Origin: Christensenellales bacterium
GTDB taxonomy: Bacteria > Bacillota > Clostridia > Christensenellales > DTU072
Assembly (NCBI GenBank): GCA_050309775.1
Contig: JBNRMV010000005.1
Location: 86,292-150,291 of the forward strand
DNA length: 64,000 bases
Reading direction: 5' to 3'
Part shown: positions 42,219 to 52,304 of the stretch, in pieces
Numbering within the stretch: position 1 is the first letter of the stretch
Layout of the letters: every line of letters starts with the position of its first letter
The notes under the pieces: generated by a model
Seen by the model: only the letters and a program-made list of their open reading frames with translations
Database searches by the model: none
What the model was told of the DNA's origin: nothing
Made by a program: the position numbers and the translations under genes

Positions 42219-42824
42219 ATGGTTGGTTCAATAATTTTAGTAGTACTTGGTATAATGGTACTCATAGGGCTGGGTACGCAGGCGCTTAAGGATTTCAACA
42301 TTCCCAGCATAGCTGCCGTCATTCTGCTGGCGCTTATTGTAGGCTTAAATTTTATTCCGGCAATTCGGACAAGGTTTTTAATATTCAGTATCGGTTCGCT
42401 GTTGCTGTATGCGCTGTGCGCATTTTGGTTCTTTGTCAGAGGAAAATGGTCAAACAGACTGCTGACGCTGCTTATCACGCTTATTCTTGCCGGACTTGTT
42501 TATGGCAGCACAAGACTTTCACTGCTTTTCGGAAATGAGTATTGGGGCAGAGTAAATGTCTTTTATGCCCTTATCGTAGGTTTTCTTGCTATGATATTTA
42601 CAAGAAATGCAAAATACGCCTTTATGTCAGGCGTGCTGTCCATTCTTATTGCATCGTTGCTTACCCAAATCGGAGGCATAATGAATATAAACGAACCTTA
42701 TTCGTGGTCTATCGTTGCCGGCGCAACATCGGTTGTCACGCTCGGCGTGGCTACAAGGCTTATGCCGTCAAGACCCAACAGAATGAGCTATTATTTTGAA
42801 TCCGGAAGAATGCTGGACGAATAG
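42219..42824 (+). CDS. integral membrane protein, function unknown
   Basis: Six or seven predicted TM helices. AGAGAGG SD. No motif recognised. Confidence 0.6.
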   Translation: MVGSIILVVLGIMVLIGLGTQALKDFNIPSIAAVILLALIVGLNFIPAIRTRFLIFSIGSLLLYALCAFWFFVRGKWSNRLLTLLITLILAGLVYGSTRLSLLFGNEYWGRVNVFYALIVGFLAMIFTRNAKYAFMSGVLSILIASLLTQIGGIMNINEPYSWSIVAGATSVVTLGVATRLMPSRPNRMSYYFESGRMLDE

Positions 42825-42868
42825 AACTTCCGACCACACGCAAAGACTTGCTGCGCTTAACTTTGGTC

Positions 42869-42912
42869 AAACCTCCTTTGGTATTTATTTACTATAGGAG
42901 GTTTTATATTAT
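42869..42912 (+). terminator. probable terminator hairpin
   Basis: AAACCTCCT (42869-42877) pairs with AGGAGGTTT (42896-42904) over an 18-nt loop, followed by TATATTATATT. The loop is long and the U-tract interrupted. Confidence 0.45.
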
Positions 42913-42948
42913 ATTGCCTTCAAATATCGTCAAAATACGCTCATACAA

Positions 42949-43470
42949 TCATTTCTGCGCTATTGACAATCTGTTTCTCAGTTTTACGCCTACCAAATAT
43001 GCGCAAATTGACTTCAAGACCTCCGCCGGTATAAACACCACCATAAAGCCTATCAGCGTTTTGCCTATGCTTTCGAACGGAATACGGAACAGCAATATAT
43101 AATAAAAAGCGCCGAACGCCAACAATAGCACTGCGGGAACGGCTATGCCAAGCACTTTGAATTTTTTGTGAAAAAGCGACACCGACAGCGTCAATATCGG
43201 TAAAAACAACAGGTACCCAAATGTCGGATTGAAAACATAACCCAAACCGCCGCCTTGCGTAAATATCGGCAACCCCAGCAGTCCCAAAGCCAAATACAGC
43301 GCTTGTGACGCCACGCCTGCCCATCTATTTAGCAATATGCCGGCAAGCATTGCCGCCAGCGTCTGCAAGGTGAAAGGAACGGGATAAAATGGCACTTTGA
43401 CAAAAGACAGCCCTACCGTAATTGCTGTCATTAAGGCTATGTAAACCAAAGTTTTGGTTCTGTCTTTCAT
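42949..43470 (-). CDS. bioY: biotin transporter BioY (ECF S-component)
   Basis: VPFYPVPFTLQTLAAMLAGILL and LGLPIFTQGGGLGYVFNPTFGYLL are characteristic BioY blocks. Confidence 0.9.
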   Translation of the reverse strand: MKDRTKTLVYIALMTAITVGLSFVKVPFYPVPFTLQTLAAMLAGILLNRWAGVASQALYLALGLLGLPIFTQGGGLGYVFNPTFGYLLFLPILTLSVSLFHKKFKVLGIAVPAVLLLAFGAFYYILLFRIPFESIGKTLIGFMVVFIPAEVLKSICAYLVGVKLRNRLSIAQK

Positions 43471-44576
43471 TTGTATTCGGGAAAAAGCTCTATTAGCTTC
43501 TTGGCAATTTTTTCGACCGGCTCACCCTCGACGGCATTGTCAATTATGCGGCGAATGCCCTCAAAACTGTCCTCATCGTCCAGATATTGCTGAATTCTTT
43601 TCAGCAAGGCATCTTCATTTTCTGTCTTTATGACCAAATCCAGTCCGAGATAATCATGCGTGCGTTTCTCCATTTCGCCGCTGGGGAAAATCGAAAATAC
43701 CAGTTTCTTTTTATACAATGCCTCAGCAAGCACCGTAGCCGTCGGACGGGCGACAACAATATCGGCGCAGGAATAGCCGGCATTCATGTCTATGCCCTCA
43801 TTCAGTCCAAGGAAATCTGTTTTTTCGCGTACATATGCCAACAGCCTGCGGCTGTATCCGCATGCAACCAAAACATTTATGTCCAACTTGGCGTTTTGGA
43901 GCGCTGCAACCACTCTTTTTAGTTTGTCGTCACCGTATTGCGACGCCACAAGCATAATGGTCGGTCTGTCCGGAAAATCAAAGACTTTGAGCGCTTCTTC
44001 ACGGGTAATGGTCTTCTGAAAATGCTTGCGTACGGGAACGTTGTTGATTTGAATTTTGTCCTCTGACACATTGTTTGCCACAAGTTCTTCTCTTATGTCG
44101 TGGTTGTCGACAAAATAATAATCGACAGCCGGATTTACCAACTGTTTGTCCAGACAAAATTCGTCTATAACCACGACTACTTTGGTTTTCACACGCAATT
44201 TGTCACGCACGGCAAGCGACGGCGCCAGCACCTTGGGGGTCATGGCTATAACTATGTCGGGATTGTACCGCAAAAATACATTCTGCACCCGTCTGTGTAT
44301 CGGAGATTTGACATTGAAAGAAACTTTTGTTGAGGCAGGTTTGTCCATACGGGAGGCTTTCAGCATTTCTTTCATTTTGTCATAAAAAATCCTCACGCGG
44401 CTTTCTTCTTTGACAAAATAATTGAAAAGCGAAGTTTTTATGTAGCTCTCCAGTTCGCTTTCGGCAATAATGATAGTAAGCACCTCACGGTTGCTGCGGA
44501 AATATTCTTTTATGGCAGCGCTGGTATTGCGGCTGCTGTTGTCGGTGAGGATTACGATAGTCTTTTTATCCCTCAT
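43467..44576 (-). CDS. glycosyltransferase with MGDG-synthase/MurG-like (GT28-type) C-terminal domain
   Basis: C-terminal ADIVVARPTATVLAEALYKKKLVFSIFPSGEMEKRTHDYL resembles the GT28 nucleotide-sugar pocket. The N-terminal G-loop is atypical. Start at ATG 44576 (AAGGAGA SD) rather than the track's 44651. Confidence 0.55.
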   Translation of the reverse strand: MRDKKTIVILTDNSSRNTSAAIKEYFRSNREVLTIIIAESELESYIKTSLFNYFVKEESRVRIFYDKMKEMLKASRMDKPASTKVSFNVKSPIHRRVQNVFLRYNPDIVIAMTPKVLAPSLAVRDKLRVKTKVVVVIDEFCLDKQLVNPAVDYYFVDNHDIREELVANNVSEDKIQINNVPVRKHFQKTITREEALKVFDFPDRPTIMLVASQYGDDKLKRVVAALQNAKLDINVLVACGYSRRLLAYVREKTDFLGLNEGIDMNAGYSCADIVVARPTATVLAEALYKKKLVFSIFPSGEMEKRTHDYLGLDLVIKTENEDALLKRIQQYLDDEDSFEGIRRIIDNAVEGEPVEKIAKKLIELFPEYK

Positions 44577-45792
44577 AATGTCTCCTTTTGCGCAAAATAT
44601 CGTGTTTGAGCAGCGGTAATGCGCTCTTAATCCATAGTTTTTGCTGCACAAGCTTGCAGTCCGTCACCTTGTTGCCCTCAGCGTCATATATCTCATCGGC
44701 CTGAAAACTCCGATTATGATATTCTGACGGCGACAGTATCTCAAGCGTATCATTAGCAAAAAATCTGTTGCGCTGTTCTGCAATTATGGCGCCTCTTTTT
44801 TCGTCATAGCCCAGTACTTCTGCGACAAACTCATATTGGCTGTCCGGTTTAGAAGTATTATAGCATATGCCGGCTTCTTTGTTAAGATAAAATCCATCGG
44901 TATATTCCCGATGGCTGACCTTATTCAATTCCTCCATAAGGCTGTCATCGTAAGCCGCGCCCGCAAATATACCGTCTATTCGTTTTCGGTAGGCATTTGT
45001 CACCGTTCCAACATAAAACTCCGACTTCATTCTGCCCTCAATCTTCAGCGAAATTATGCCTGCCTCAATGACTTTGTCCAAAAAAGGCATAGCGCACAAG
45101 TCCATGGAGTTGAGGATATAACTGCCTCTGCTGTCTTCCTCAAGCGAAAGCAGTTTGTTGGGACGGGATTTCTCAGTTATGGTGTATTCCCAACGGCAAG
45201 ACTGCACACATTCGCCCCGATTGCTGTCACGGTCTGTCAAATAAGAGGACAAAAGGCATCTTCCGCTGTAAGAGATGCACATGGCGCCATGTATAAATGC
45301 CTCCAATTCAACTTCTCCGTTTGCCATGTCGCAGATTTCTTTTATGTCGTCCAGCGGCAACTCCCTTGCTAGCACAACTCTTTTTACTCCGATATCTTTC
45401 CAGAATGATACGGCATACTTGTTGGTGGTGTTTGCTTGCGTTGACAAGTGAATATCAAGCGTAGGCGCCGCGCGTAAAACCAGATTTACAATCCCCGGGT
45501 CGCTTACTATTATGCCGTCAACCTTGGCTGAGGCTAAGAACTGCAAGTATTCATTCAGATTCCCAAAGTCTGCATTTCGGGCAAATATATTGACGGTTAC
45601 ATACACTTTCCGCCCAAGCGCATGACAAAGCTGCGTAGCGTGGAGAATGTCCTCATAAGACAAATTGCCGGCGTATGCGCGCAGTCCGAATTCCTTGCCT
45701 GCAAGGTATACGGCATCTGCGCCAAAGTGCAGCGCCGTACGCAATTTGTTTATGTTGCCCACAGGGGCTAATAGTTCTACCTTTTTTTCCAT
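44566..45792 (-). CDS. peptidase U32-family protein
   Basis: VELLAPVGNINKLRTALHFGADAVYLAGKEFGLRA N-terminus and the conserved Cys-rich E.F.HGAMC.SYSGRC block. Confidence 0.85.
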   Translation of the reverse strand: MEKKVELLAPVGNINKLRTALHFGADAVYLAGKEFGLRAYAGNLSYEDILHATQLCHALGRKVYVTVNIFARNADFGNLNEYLQFLASAKVDGIIVSDPGIVNLVLRAAPTLDIHLSTQANTTNKYAVSFWKDIGVKRVVLARELPLDDIKEICDMANGEVELEAFIHGAMCISYSGRCLLSSYLTDRDSNRGECVQSCRWEYTITEKSRPNKLLSLEEDSRGSYILNSMDLCAMPFLDKVIEAGIISLKIEGRMKSEFYVGTVTNAYRKRIDGIFAGAAYDDSLMEELNKVSHREYTDGFYLNKEAGICYNTSKPDSQYEFVAEVLGYDEKRGAIIAEQRNRFFANDTLEILSPSEYHNRSFQADEIYDAEGNKVTDCKLVQQKLWIKSALPLLKHDILRKRRHYEG

Positions 45793-45797
45793 GTCGG

Positions 45798-47441
45798 TCA
45801 GTTCTCTAGTATTATGGGAATTACCATAGGTTTTTTCTTAAGTTCTTTTACTATGCTCTTAGCTATCAGCTTGCGCAACAAGTGTTTTATGCCTTGGATA
45901 TCGTCATCAGTTTTGTCCTTGTTCAACTCTTTTATGATGGCTTCGCGTAATTCCTCCGACATCTTGTCGGGAATGCTCACCCCTCGGGAGATAATTATCG
46001 GGGGATTGATTTCCAGCGAATTCTTAGACACTATGGCTATTACAAACCCGTCGCCTGCAAGGTGTCTGCGGTCTCTCAACAACATTTCAGAATCGTCCGA
46101 CACCACGCTGCCGTCAACAAGAATGCTGCCTGCTGGTATGTTGTCCGTTCGGACAATTCCTTTTTTGTCAACTTCAACGGCATAGCCCGTTTCGGGAATA
46201 ATACAATTGGCTTCGGGAATTCCCATTTCTTTGGCAATAGAGATATTTTGTTTCAAATGTCTGTATTCTCCGTGTATAGGAATGAAAAAGGACGGCTTTA
46301 TCAAAGTGAACATCATCTTCAGTTCCTCTTTGCATGCGTGACCGGAGACATGTATTTCGCTGAGCGACTGATAAATGACATCTGCGCCCATGCGGTAAAG
46401 GTTGTTTATGACATTATAAATCAGCTTTTCGTTGCCTGGAATAGCCGATGCCGACAATATAACAGTGTCTTTTTCGTTAATTACCACCCTTTTGAAGTCA
46501 TTTTGGCTCATTCTGGTAAGCGCACTTGAAGGCTCGCCCTGTGTGCCTGTGGAGATTATGCACAACTTGTCATATGGAATTTTCCCTATTTTGTCAATGT
46601 CAACAATGGACTCACGGGGATATTTCAACTCTCCTATGGTATATGCCATCTCAGCAATGTTTATCATACTCCTGCCCGAAAAGGCTATTTTTCTGTTGTA
46701 TTTTATGGCGCAGTTTATGATTTGTTGCACCCGATGAACATTTGACGCAAAGGTGGCGACAATTATTCTCTTGTCTATGTTTTGCGCAAACAAGTTGTCC
46801 ATATTCTTATAAACGCAGCGTTCGCTCATACTGTATCCGTTCCTCTCGGCATTGGTGGAATCCATCATGAGCAACATGACGCCGTTTTGGCCTATTTCTG
46901 CAATGCGCGTCAAATCTATCGGCTTGTTGTCAATCGGGGTGTGGTCAATTTTGAAGTCACCCGTATAAAAGACTACGCCTTTGGGGGTGGTTATGCTCAG
47001 CGCAAAAGCGCCTGTCGTAGAGTGGTTTACTCTGACGAACTCCACTTGAAAACAGCCTGCGTTTATGATATCGCCCTCGTTGACGGCGTTTAGTTTTTTG
47101 TTCTTTACTTTTGCTTCGCCAAGTTTGTGCGTCACCATAGCCAGCGCAAGTTTTGAGCCGTAAACCGGCACATCAAGGTCGCGCAGCACAAAAGGCAGCG
47201 CCCCTATATGGTCCTCGTGTCCGTGCGTGACAACGATTGCGGCCACCTTGCTTTCGTTTTGAATGAGATAGTTATAATCGGGAATGACGAAATCTATTCC
47301 CGGCATCTGGTCGCTGGGAAAACTCATTCCCGCATCTACTACCAGTATGTGGTTTCCGTATTCAAAAAGCGTCATGTTCTTTCCGATTTCTCCTACTCCG
47401 CCTAAAAACATGACCTTTAGTTTGTTTTGTTTTTTTGCCAA
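45798..47441 (-). CDS. rnj: ribonuclease J
   Basis: Metallo-beta-lactamase motif VTHGHEDHIGALPF, beta-CASP region and RNase J C-terminal domain. TTG start 5 nt after GGAGA. Confidence 0.9.
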   Translation of the reverse strand: MAKKQNKLKVMFLGGVGEIGKNMTLFEYGNHILVVDAGMSFPSDQMPGIDFVIPDYNYLIQNESKVAAIVVTHGHEDHIGALPFVLRDLDVPVYGSKLALAMVTHKLGEAKVKNKKLNAVNEGDIINAGCFQVEFVRVNHSTTGAFALSITTPKGVVFYTGDFKIDHTPIDNKPIDLTRIAEIGQNGVMLLMMDSTNAERNGYSMSERCVYKNMDNLFAQNIDKRIIVATFASNVHRVQQIINCAIKYNRKIAFSGRSMINIAEMAYTIGELKYPRESIVDIDKIGKIPYDKLCIISTGTQGEPSSALTRMSQNDFKRVVINEKDTVILSASAIPGNEKLIYNVINNLYRMGADVIYQSLSEIHVSGHACKEELKMMFTLIKPSFFIPIHGEYRHLKQNISIAKEMGIPEANCIIPETGYAVEVDKKGIVRTDNIPAGSILVDGSVVSDDSEMLLRDRRHLAGDGFVIAIVSKNSLEINPPIIISRGVSIPDKMSEELREAIIKELNKDKTDDDIQGIKHLLRKLIAKSIVKELKKKPMVIPIILEN

Positions 47442-47482
47442 ATTGTTTCTCCTTTTTTATCTAAATAATATTCGCTTTTTTG

Positions 47483-49285
47483 TTATTCCACAGTTACGGA
47501 CTTTGCAAGATTGCGCGGCTTGTCTATGTCGCAGCCCTTTGCTCTTGCAATATAGTACGAAAACAATTGCGTGGGTATCACCGATATGATTGGATAAAGC
47601 GTATCCGGCACATCGGGAATTGGTATAATGAAGTCGCTGACATTCTTTATGCCGGCATGGTCGGCAAAAGGTGTTATGGTAATGACCGTAGCGCCTCTTG
47701 ACTTGACTTCAATGAGTGAAGAGTGCATTTTTTCCATCAGGTCTGTTTGTGTGGCAAGCGCCATAACCAATACGCCGTCCTCTATCAATGCAAGCGTACC
47801 GTGCTTTAACTCTCCAGCGGCATATGCCTCGCTTTGGATATAGCTTATTTCCTTAAGTTTTAAGGAGCCTTCCATAGCCACAAAATAATCCAACCCTCTG
47901 CCAAGATAAAATACACTTTTCCTTGTGTAATTCCAGCTTGAGAAGTCGGCAATGAATTCGCCCAGTTCCAGCGTTTGCGCCGCCTTTTCGGGCAATCGGC
48001 TAAGCGCCGTCAACATGTCGCCATACTCTTTTTGGCTTATTGCGCCCTTTTGTCTTGCAAAATCAAAGGCAAAGCGCGTAATCACGGCAAGCTGACAGTT
48101 GTAGGCTTTTGTTGACGCCACCGCAACCTCCGGACCGGCATTGGTCAGCAGTGTAAAATCGCTTTCAAAGACTATGCTGGATATAGGCACATTGCATACG
48201 CAAAGTACCTTGCCGCCTCTTTCCTTTACCATTCTGATACATGACAGCGTGTCTGCAGTCTCTCCGCTTTGCGACACCGCCACGGTCAGCGTGTGTTCGT
48301 CAATGTGAAAATCGTCATAACGGAACTCACTTGCCATTTCGGCAAACAAATTCAGCTCCGGCAGCAGTTTTTTCAAAATGCGTTTGCCCACCATACCTGC
48401 ATGCAACGCCGTACCGCAACCGATAAAATAAACTTTGTTTATGTTGCGCCAATATGCGTCATCGGTAATGGGCGAAACATAATTTTGCAACGCCCTTTTC
48501 AGCGCTTCGGGAATCTCGCGGATTTCTTTCTCCATATAGCTCTCAAAGTTGTGGCTTTCTTCGTCAAGCTGTCTGGATACATCGACGGTTTCAACGGGCT
48601 GACCGCAACCGTTAAAGTCGCATATCTCCACGCTATGCGACGTCACTCTGGCAAGCTGATAATTCTGAAGTACAACTACCTTGCCGGTAAATTTTTGCAG
48701 ACTTGTAATATCGGAACTTATGAAGTTTTCGTCATCGCCTCTGCCGACTATCAGCGGATTATCTTTCTTTATGGCATATATTACGCCGGGCTCCGCCGAG
48801 GATATTATGCCGAGGGCAAAAGAGCCTTTAAGCCGCCGCACCGCCGACAATATGCATTCCTTGACATCTCCCAAATACAAGAATTCAATAAGATGCGCCA
48901 CAACTTCGCTGTCCGTCTGCGAATAAAAATGTATGTTGTGCGCCTGCAAATATTCCTTTATTTCAAGATAATTCTCAATGATGCCGTTGTGTACGACAGC
49001 AAATTTGTGCGCTGAGGACACAAAAGGGTGAGCGTTGCTGTCCGACGGCTTGCCGTGCGTTGCCCAGCGTGTATGTCCTATGGCCGTGCTGCCCGATAAT
49101 GAATGAGCCGCCAGTTCGTTTTCAAGACAGATTATTCTGCCCTCTTTCTTTACTGTTTGAATATTCTCCCCGTCATAAACGGCTATGCCGCTGGAATCAT
49201 ATCCTCTGTACTCAAGGCTTTTCAGCCCCTTGATGATTATGTCAGTCGCTTGCTTGTTTCCGGTATAGCCTATTATGCCGCACAT
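47483..49285 (-). CDS. glmS: glutamine--fructose-6-phosphate aminotransferase (isomerizing)
   Basis: MCGIIGYTG N-terminal nucleophile, two SIS domains, C-terminal KPRNLAKSVTVE. Confidence 0.95.
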   Translation of the reverse strand: MCGIIGYTGNKQATDIIIKGLKSLEYRGYDSSGIAVYDGENIQTVKKEGRIICLENELAAHSLSGSTAIGHTRWATHGKPSDSNAHPFVSSAHKFAVVHNGIIENYLEIKEYLQAHNIHFYSQTDSEVVAHLIEFLYLGDVKECILSAVRRLKGSFALGIISSAEPGVIYAIKKDNPLIVGRGDDENFISSDITSLQKFTGKVVVLQNYQLARVTSHSVEICDFNGCGQPVETVDVSRQLDEESHNFESYMEKEIREIPEALKRALQNYVSPITDDAYWRNINKVYFIGCGTALHAGMVGKRILKKLLPELNLFAEMASEFRYDDFHIDEHTLTVAVSQSGETADTLSCIRMVKERGGKVLCVCNVPISSIVFESDFTLLTNAGPEVAVASTKAYNCQLAVITRFAFDFARQKGAISQKEYGDMLTALSRLPEKAAQTLELGEFIADFSSWNYTRKSVFYLGRGLDYFVAMEGSLKLKEISYIQSEAYAAGELKHGTLALIEDGVLVMALATQTDLMEKMHSSLIEVKSRGATVITITPFADHAGIKNVSDFIIPIPDVPDTLYPIISVIPTQLFSYYIARAKGCDIDKPRNLAKSVTVE

Positions 49286-49343
49286 ATGTTCTCCTCATAA
49301 TTTAGTTTGTGGTTTCCCCCTTTATTTCCTTCCTGTTTTCTGC

Positions 49344-52286
49344 CTATACGGATATTTGGAAATCGCCGGGGTCGGGGCTGGGTTTTTCTTGAGCATATAT
49401 GAATCTGTTTTTCATTACGCTGGGCAGATTATCTAAGCCGTTATACACCGTTTTTGCAGTTTCGGACGGTACATAAACATCTATATAGTTCGAGCTGATA
49501 CCGCCGGAGAACTGCGTTGTTGTCTTTCCGAAAAACGCTGCCACCGGGGAGGTGTTTTCAAATACAAGGTATTTCAGCGCGGTGCAGTTTGCAAATGTTG
49601 CGTCCGCCATGCTGTTGTACAGTATCGGCATTCTTACATATCTGAGTTTTGTACAACGGTTGAAAGCGCCGGTGCCGGTTGTTGTCAGCTTTTTGCTGTC
49701 TTTTAAGTCTACCCACACCAATTCGGTACAGGCATAAAACGCTTCATTGCCTATGGTCTCAAGATTTGAGCCGCCGATAAAGTAGGTTATTGCAGTATCA
49801 AAGAACGCATTGCTGCCTATGGTCTTGAGCGCAGTCCTGCCCAACTGTTCAACGCCGGGATTGTCCAGCGCTCCGCCATAATATACTTCGCGCAGCTTTT
49901 TGCAGCCGGCAAAAGCATATTCAAGAATGTTGACGATATTTTCGGGCAGCCGTATCCTTTCTATGTTTTTGTTGAACGCATACGGTCCGATTTGGATGAT
50001 ATTTATGTTGTCATAGCTGTTGGGCAAAACTACTTCTTTCTCATCGCCAAGATAATAACCCAAAGCCCAACCTTGTGTGGGGGAACCGACATTGATTAGT
50101 TCCAGCACGGCGCGCTTGCCGTCGCCTATTTCTTTTATCATTGCTCTAGAGAAAACAGGCAAACTTCTCTTTGTGTAATTGCTGGCTCCCTTCTCAAAAG
50201 ATGTTCGCATAGCCTCTACTACGCTGTCCTCTACAAAGACTTTGAACGGCTGAGTGGGATAGAAGAAGTCGGCCTCCTCTTTCCGCGCAAATTCCAGCCA
50301 GGACCTGTCATACTTCAGCGGTTGCGGCGCAATGACATCGTTTGCCAAATTTACTTCAATAAGGCTTTCGCAGCCTTGGAAAGGCCCGTCGCCGTACCAC
50401 TGGAACACCTTTGAGGTTATGTCAAATTTTGAAATCAGTCTGTTGTTTCTGAAAGCAGACGCTCCCAGAGTTTTTAGTTGACTGTTTTCGCCGAACTCCA
50501 CGCTTGTGATTGACGAACAATCTTGGAAAACTCCAAATTCGGATTTTTCGTTCTTTGTGCCGGGGAAATTCTTGTCGCCGGAAATATAGGCATCTCCGCC
50601 GATGTCCTCAAGCGAATCGGGGAATCTCAACTCCGTCAGTCTCTTTTGATAGTGGAAGGCTCCTTTGCCGATAACTTTGAGTCCTTCGGCAAAAGATACC
50701 GAAATCAATCCGACATTGTTCTTTTGGCTGTGCAGTCTTATGTCAAACATGCCTGCGGGAATAATCTCCAACCCATTGGCTTGGTCTGGGTCTGTCAGCG
50801 TGCTGAACCTTGTTATTGTTTCATTGCTCTTGAAAAGGCACCAGCCAAGATAATAATCGCTGTCAGCCACTACCGTTTCGCCGTCAATCTGTTCGATATA
50901 CGGCACATTTTCAATGGCGTCTGCCTTAAACTTTACTCCCGGCATAAATATTACTTCTGTAAAGGTAGTGCCGACAAAGCACCAGTTACCGATATGCGTA
51001 ATTTCCGGATATATGAACAGTTTTGTGCCGGGCGAGGCTTTGCCTCTCTCTATTGTTCTGCCCCAGCTGCTGTTTTCAAAGCATCTCTCACCGAGGAATT
51101 TAACCGTCGGCGGCAGCGTAAAGCCGATTGTGCCTTTGCCGAGGTTTGAGGTGCCATAGAAAGCTCTGTTGTCCAGCACTTCGACAACTCCTTGCGGATG
51201 GAACTCTACCGTTTCCACCTTGCTACTGCTGAATGCGTCCTTGCCTATTGTTTTAACATACTTGCCTATTTTTATTGTTCTCAAATTATTTGTTTTGTCA
51301 AAAGCTGCGTCGCCGATAGCCACAATGGGATATTCTCCGTTGTCATCGGCTATGGTGTCATAAACCTCCAGCGTGCTTTGCCTGTCGCCTGCCGATGTAA
51401 TCTTGGTTATGGTAGCAAATTTGGCAAAATTGCCGCCCTTCCCGTCAGGTATGTCGTATGTTGCATTCGACAAAGTGAAGTTGTACAGTCTTTCATAATG
51501 CGCATACAGTGTGGTATTTTTCCAGAAATAAAAATTTGCGGAGTTGGTCACAAGGTGACCGTTGCCGTTCGGCTGGGTATAATAGCCCATAAATGCCCAA
51601 CCGCCCAATTTTGTCGGAGTATGCTCATGAATGCTTTGGTTGCTGGGACTGGGAATGATGTCCTCCAGGCTTTGGTGATATGCCACTTCTATGGTAGCAG
51701 ATCCACCCTTTGTATCCGTTCTTGCGTCATAGTTTTGGTAGTCCAGCTTTAGTCTGAATTCCGGCTCTACATTCACCGTCATATCCACATAATCCTGATT
51801 CAAAGTCATTGACAGCACAGAAGACCCCAGATTGTAGAATATCTTTGTGATTGTGTAGGTCGTTTGACCTGAGGTTTCTCCTATTTCAAACTCAATCGTG
51901 GTACGGGATGAGTCGGAGCCGTCCAAAAAGTCTTTTGAGGCTATCTCAAATTGCTTGCCCTCTCCAGACAAGACCACTTTGTTTATTTTCAGGTTGCTGG
52001 GGTTTACATAATCAATGACAATATGCACCCTTTCGCCTGCGTTGACCGGCATAATTATGCCTTCCTCAATATCCGTATAAACCTCCATCTTATTTGTTTC
52101 GGGGTTGAGATAATCGGGGGAGACTCTTTCTATTCTTGGCGGCGATTTAATGTCCAGCTTGGGCGCAATGATTTTTTCATCCTTTTTACCAAAAAGCGAA
52201 CATGAGGACAATACCAAAATCAATAATATACCCATACCAATCGTCAATAACGATTTCTTAAAATTGCCGATTCTTCGCTGTTTCAT
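49344..52286 (-). CDS. surface lipoprotein with Listeria-Bacteroides (Flg_new-type) repeat and BspA-type leucine-rich repeats
   Basis: Lipobox LILVLSS|C. GGWAFMGYYTQPNGNGHLV...TLYAHY matches the Flg_new pattern. There are many IG..AF..C..L..V.. units, e.g. IGDAAFDKTNNLRTIKIGKYVKTIGKDAF. Confidence 0.8.
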   Translation of the reverse strand: MKQRRIGNFKKSLLTIGMGILLILVLSSCSLFGKKDEKIIAPKLDIKSPPRIERVSPDYLNPETNKMEVYTDIEEGIIMPVNAGERVHIVIDYVNPSNLKINKVVLSGEGKQFEIASKDFLDGSDSSRTTIEFEIGETSGQTTYTITKIFYNLGSSVLSMTLNQDYVDMTVNVEPEFRLKLDYQNYDARTDTKGGSATIEVAYHQSLEDIIPSPSNQSIHEHTPTKLGGWAFMGYYTQPNGNGHLVTNSANFYFWKNTTLYAHYERLYNFTLSNATYDIPDGKGGNFAKFATITKITSAGDRQSTLEVYDTIADDNGEYPIVAIGDAAFDKTNNLRTIKIGKYVKTIGKDAFSSSKVETVEFHPQGVVEVLDNRAFYGTSNLGKGTIGFTLPPTVKFLGERCFENSSWGRTIERGKASPGTKLFIYPEITHIGNWCFVGTTFTEVIFMPGVKFKADAIENVPYIEQIDGETVVADSDYYLGWCLFKSNETITRFSTLTDPDQANGLEIIPAGMFDIRLHSQKNNVGLISVSFAEGLKVIGKGAFHYQKRLTELRFPDSLEDIGGDAYISGDKNFPGTKNEKSEFGVFQDCSSITSVEFGENSQLKTLGASAFRNNRLISKFDITSKVFQWYGDGPFQGCESLIEVNLANDVIAPQPLKYDRSWLEFARKEEADFFYPTQPFKVFVEDSVVEAMRTSFEKGASNYTKRSLPVFSRAMIKEIGDGKRAVLELINVGSPTQGWALGYYLGDEKEVVLPNSYDNINIIQIGPYAFNKNIERIRLPENIVNILEYAFAGCKKLREVYYGGALDNPGVEQLGRTALKTIGSNAFFDTAITYFIGGSNLETIGNEAFYACTELVWVDLKDSKKLTTTGTGAFNRCTKLRYVRMPILYNSMADATFANCTALKYLVFENTSPVAAFFGKTTTQFSGGISSNYIDVYVPSETAKTVYNGLDNLPSVMKNRFIYAQEKPSPDPGDFQISV

Positions 52287-52304
52287 AAAAAACCTTCCTT
52301 TACT

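Noticed and set aside
42848-43102. 84-aa + ORF beginning after an AGGAGG at 42896
   Set aside because: The AGGAGG is the 3' arm of a terminator-like hairpin, and the ORF runs antisense through bioY, whose identity is secure.
49286-49343. Expected glmS ribozyme upstream of glmS
   Set aside because: Only 58 nt separate glmS from the upstream LRR gene, and they contain just an SD (GAGGAGA). The ribozyme, as I recall it, needs well over 100 nt of conserved structure. No ribozyme is present here, so glmS must be regulated differently in this organism.
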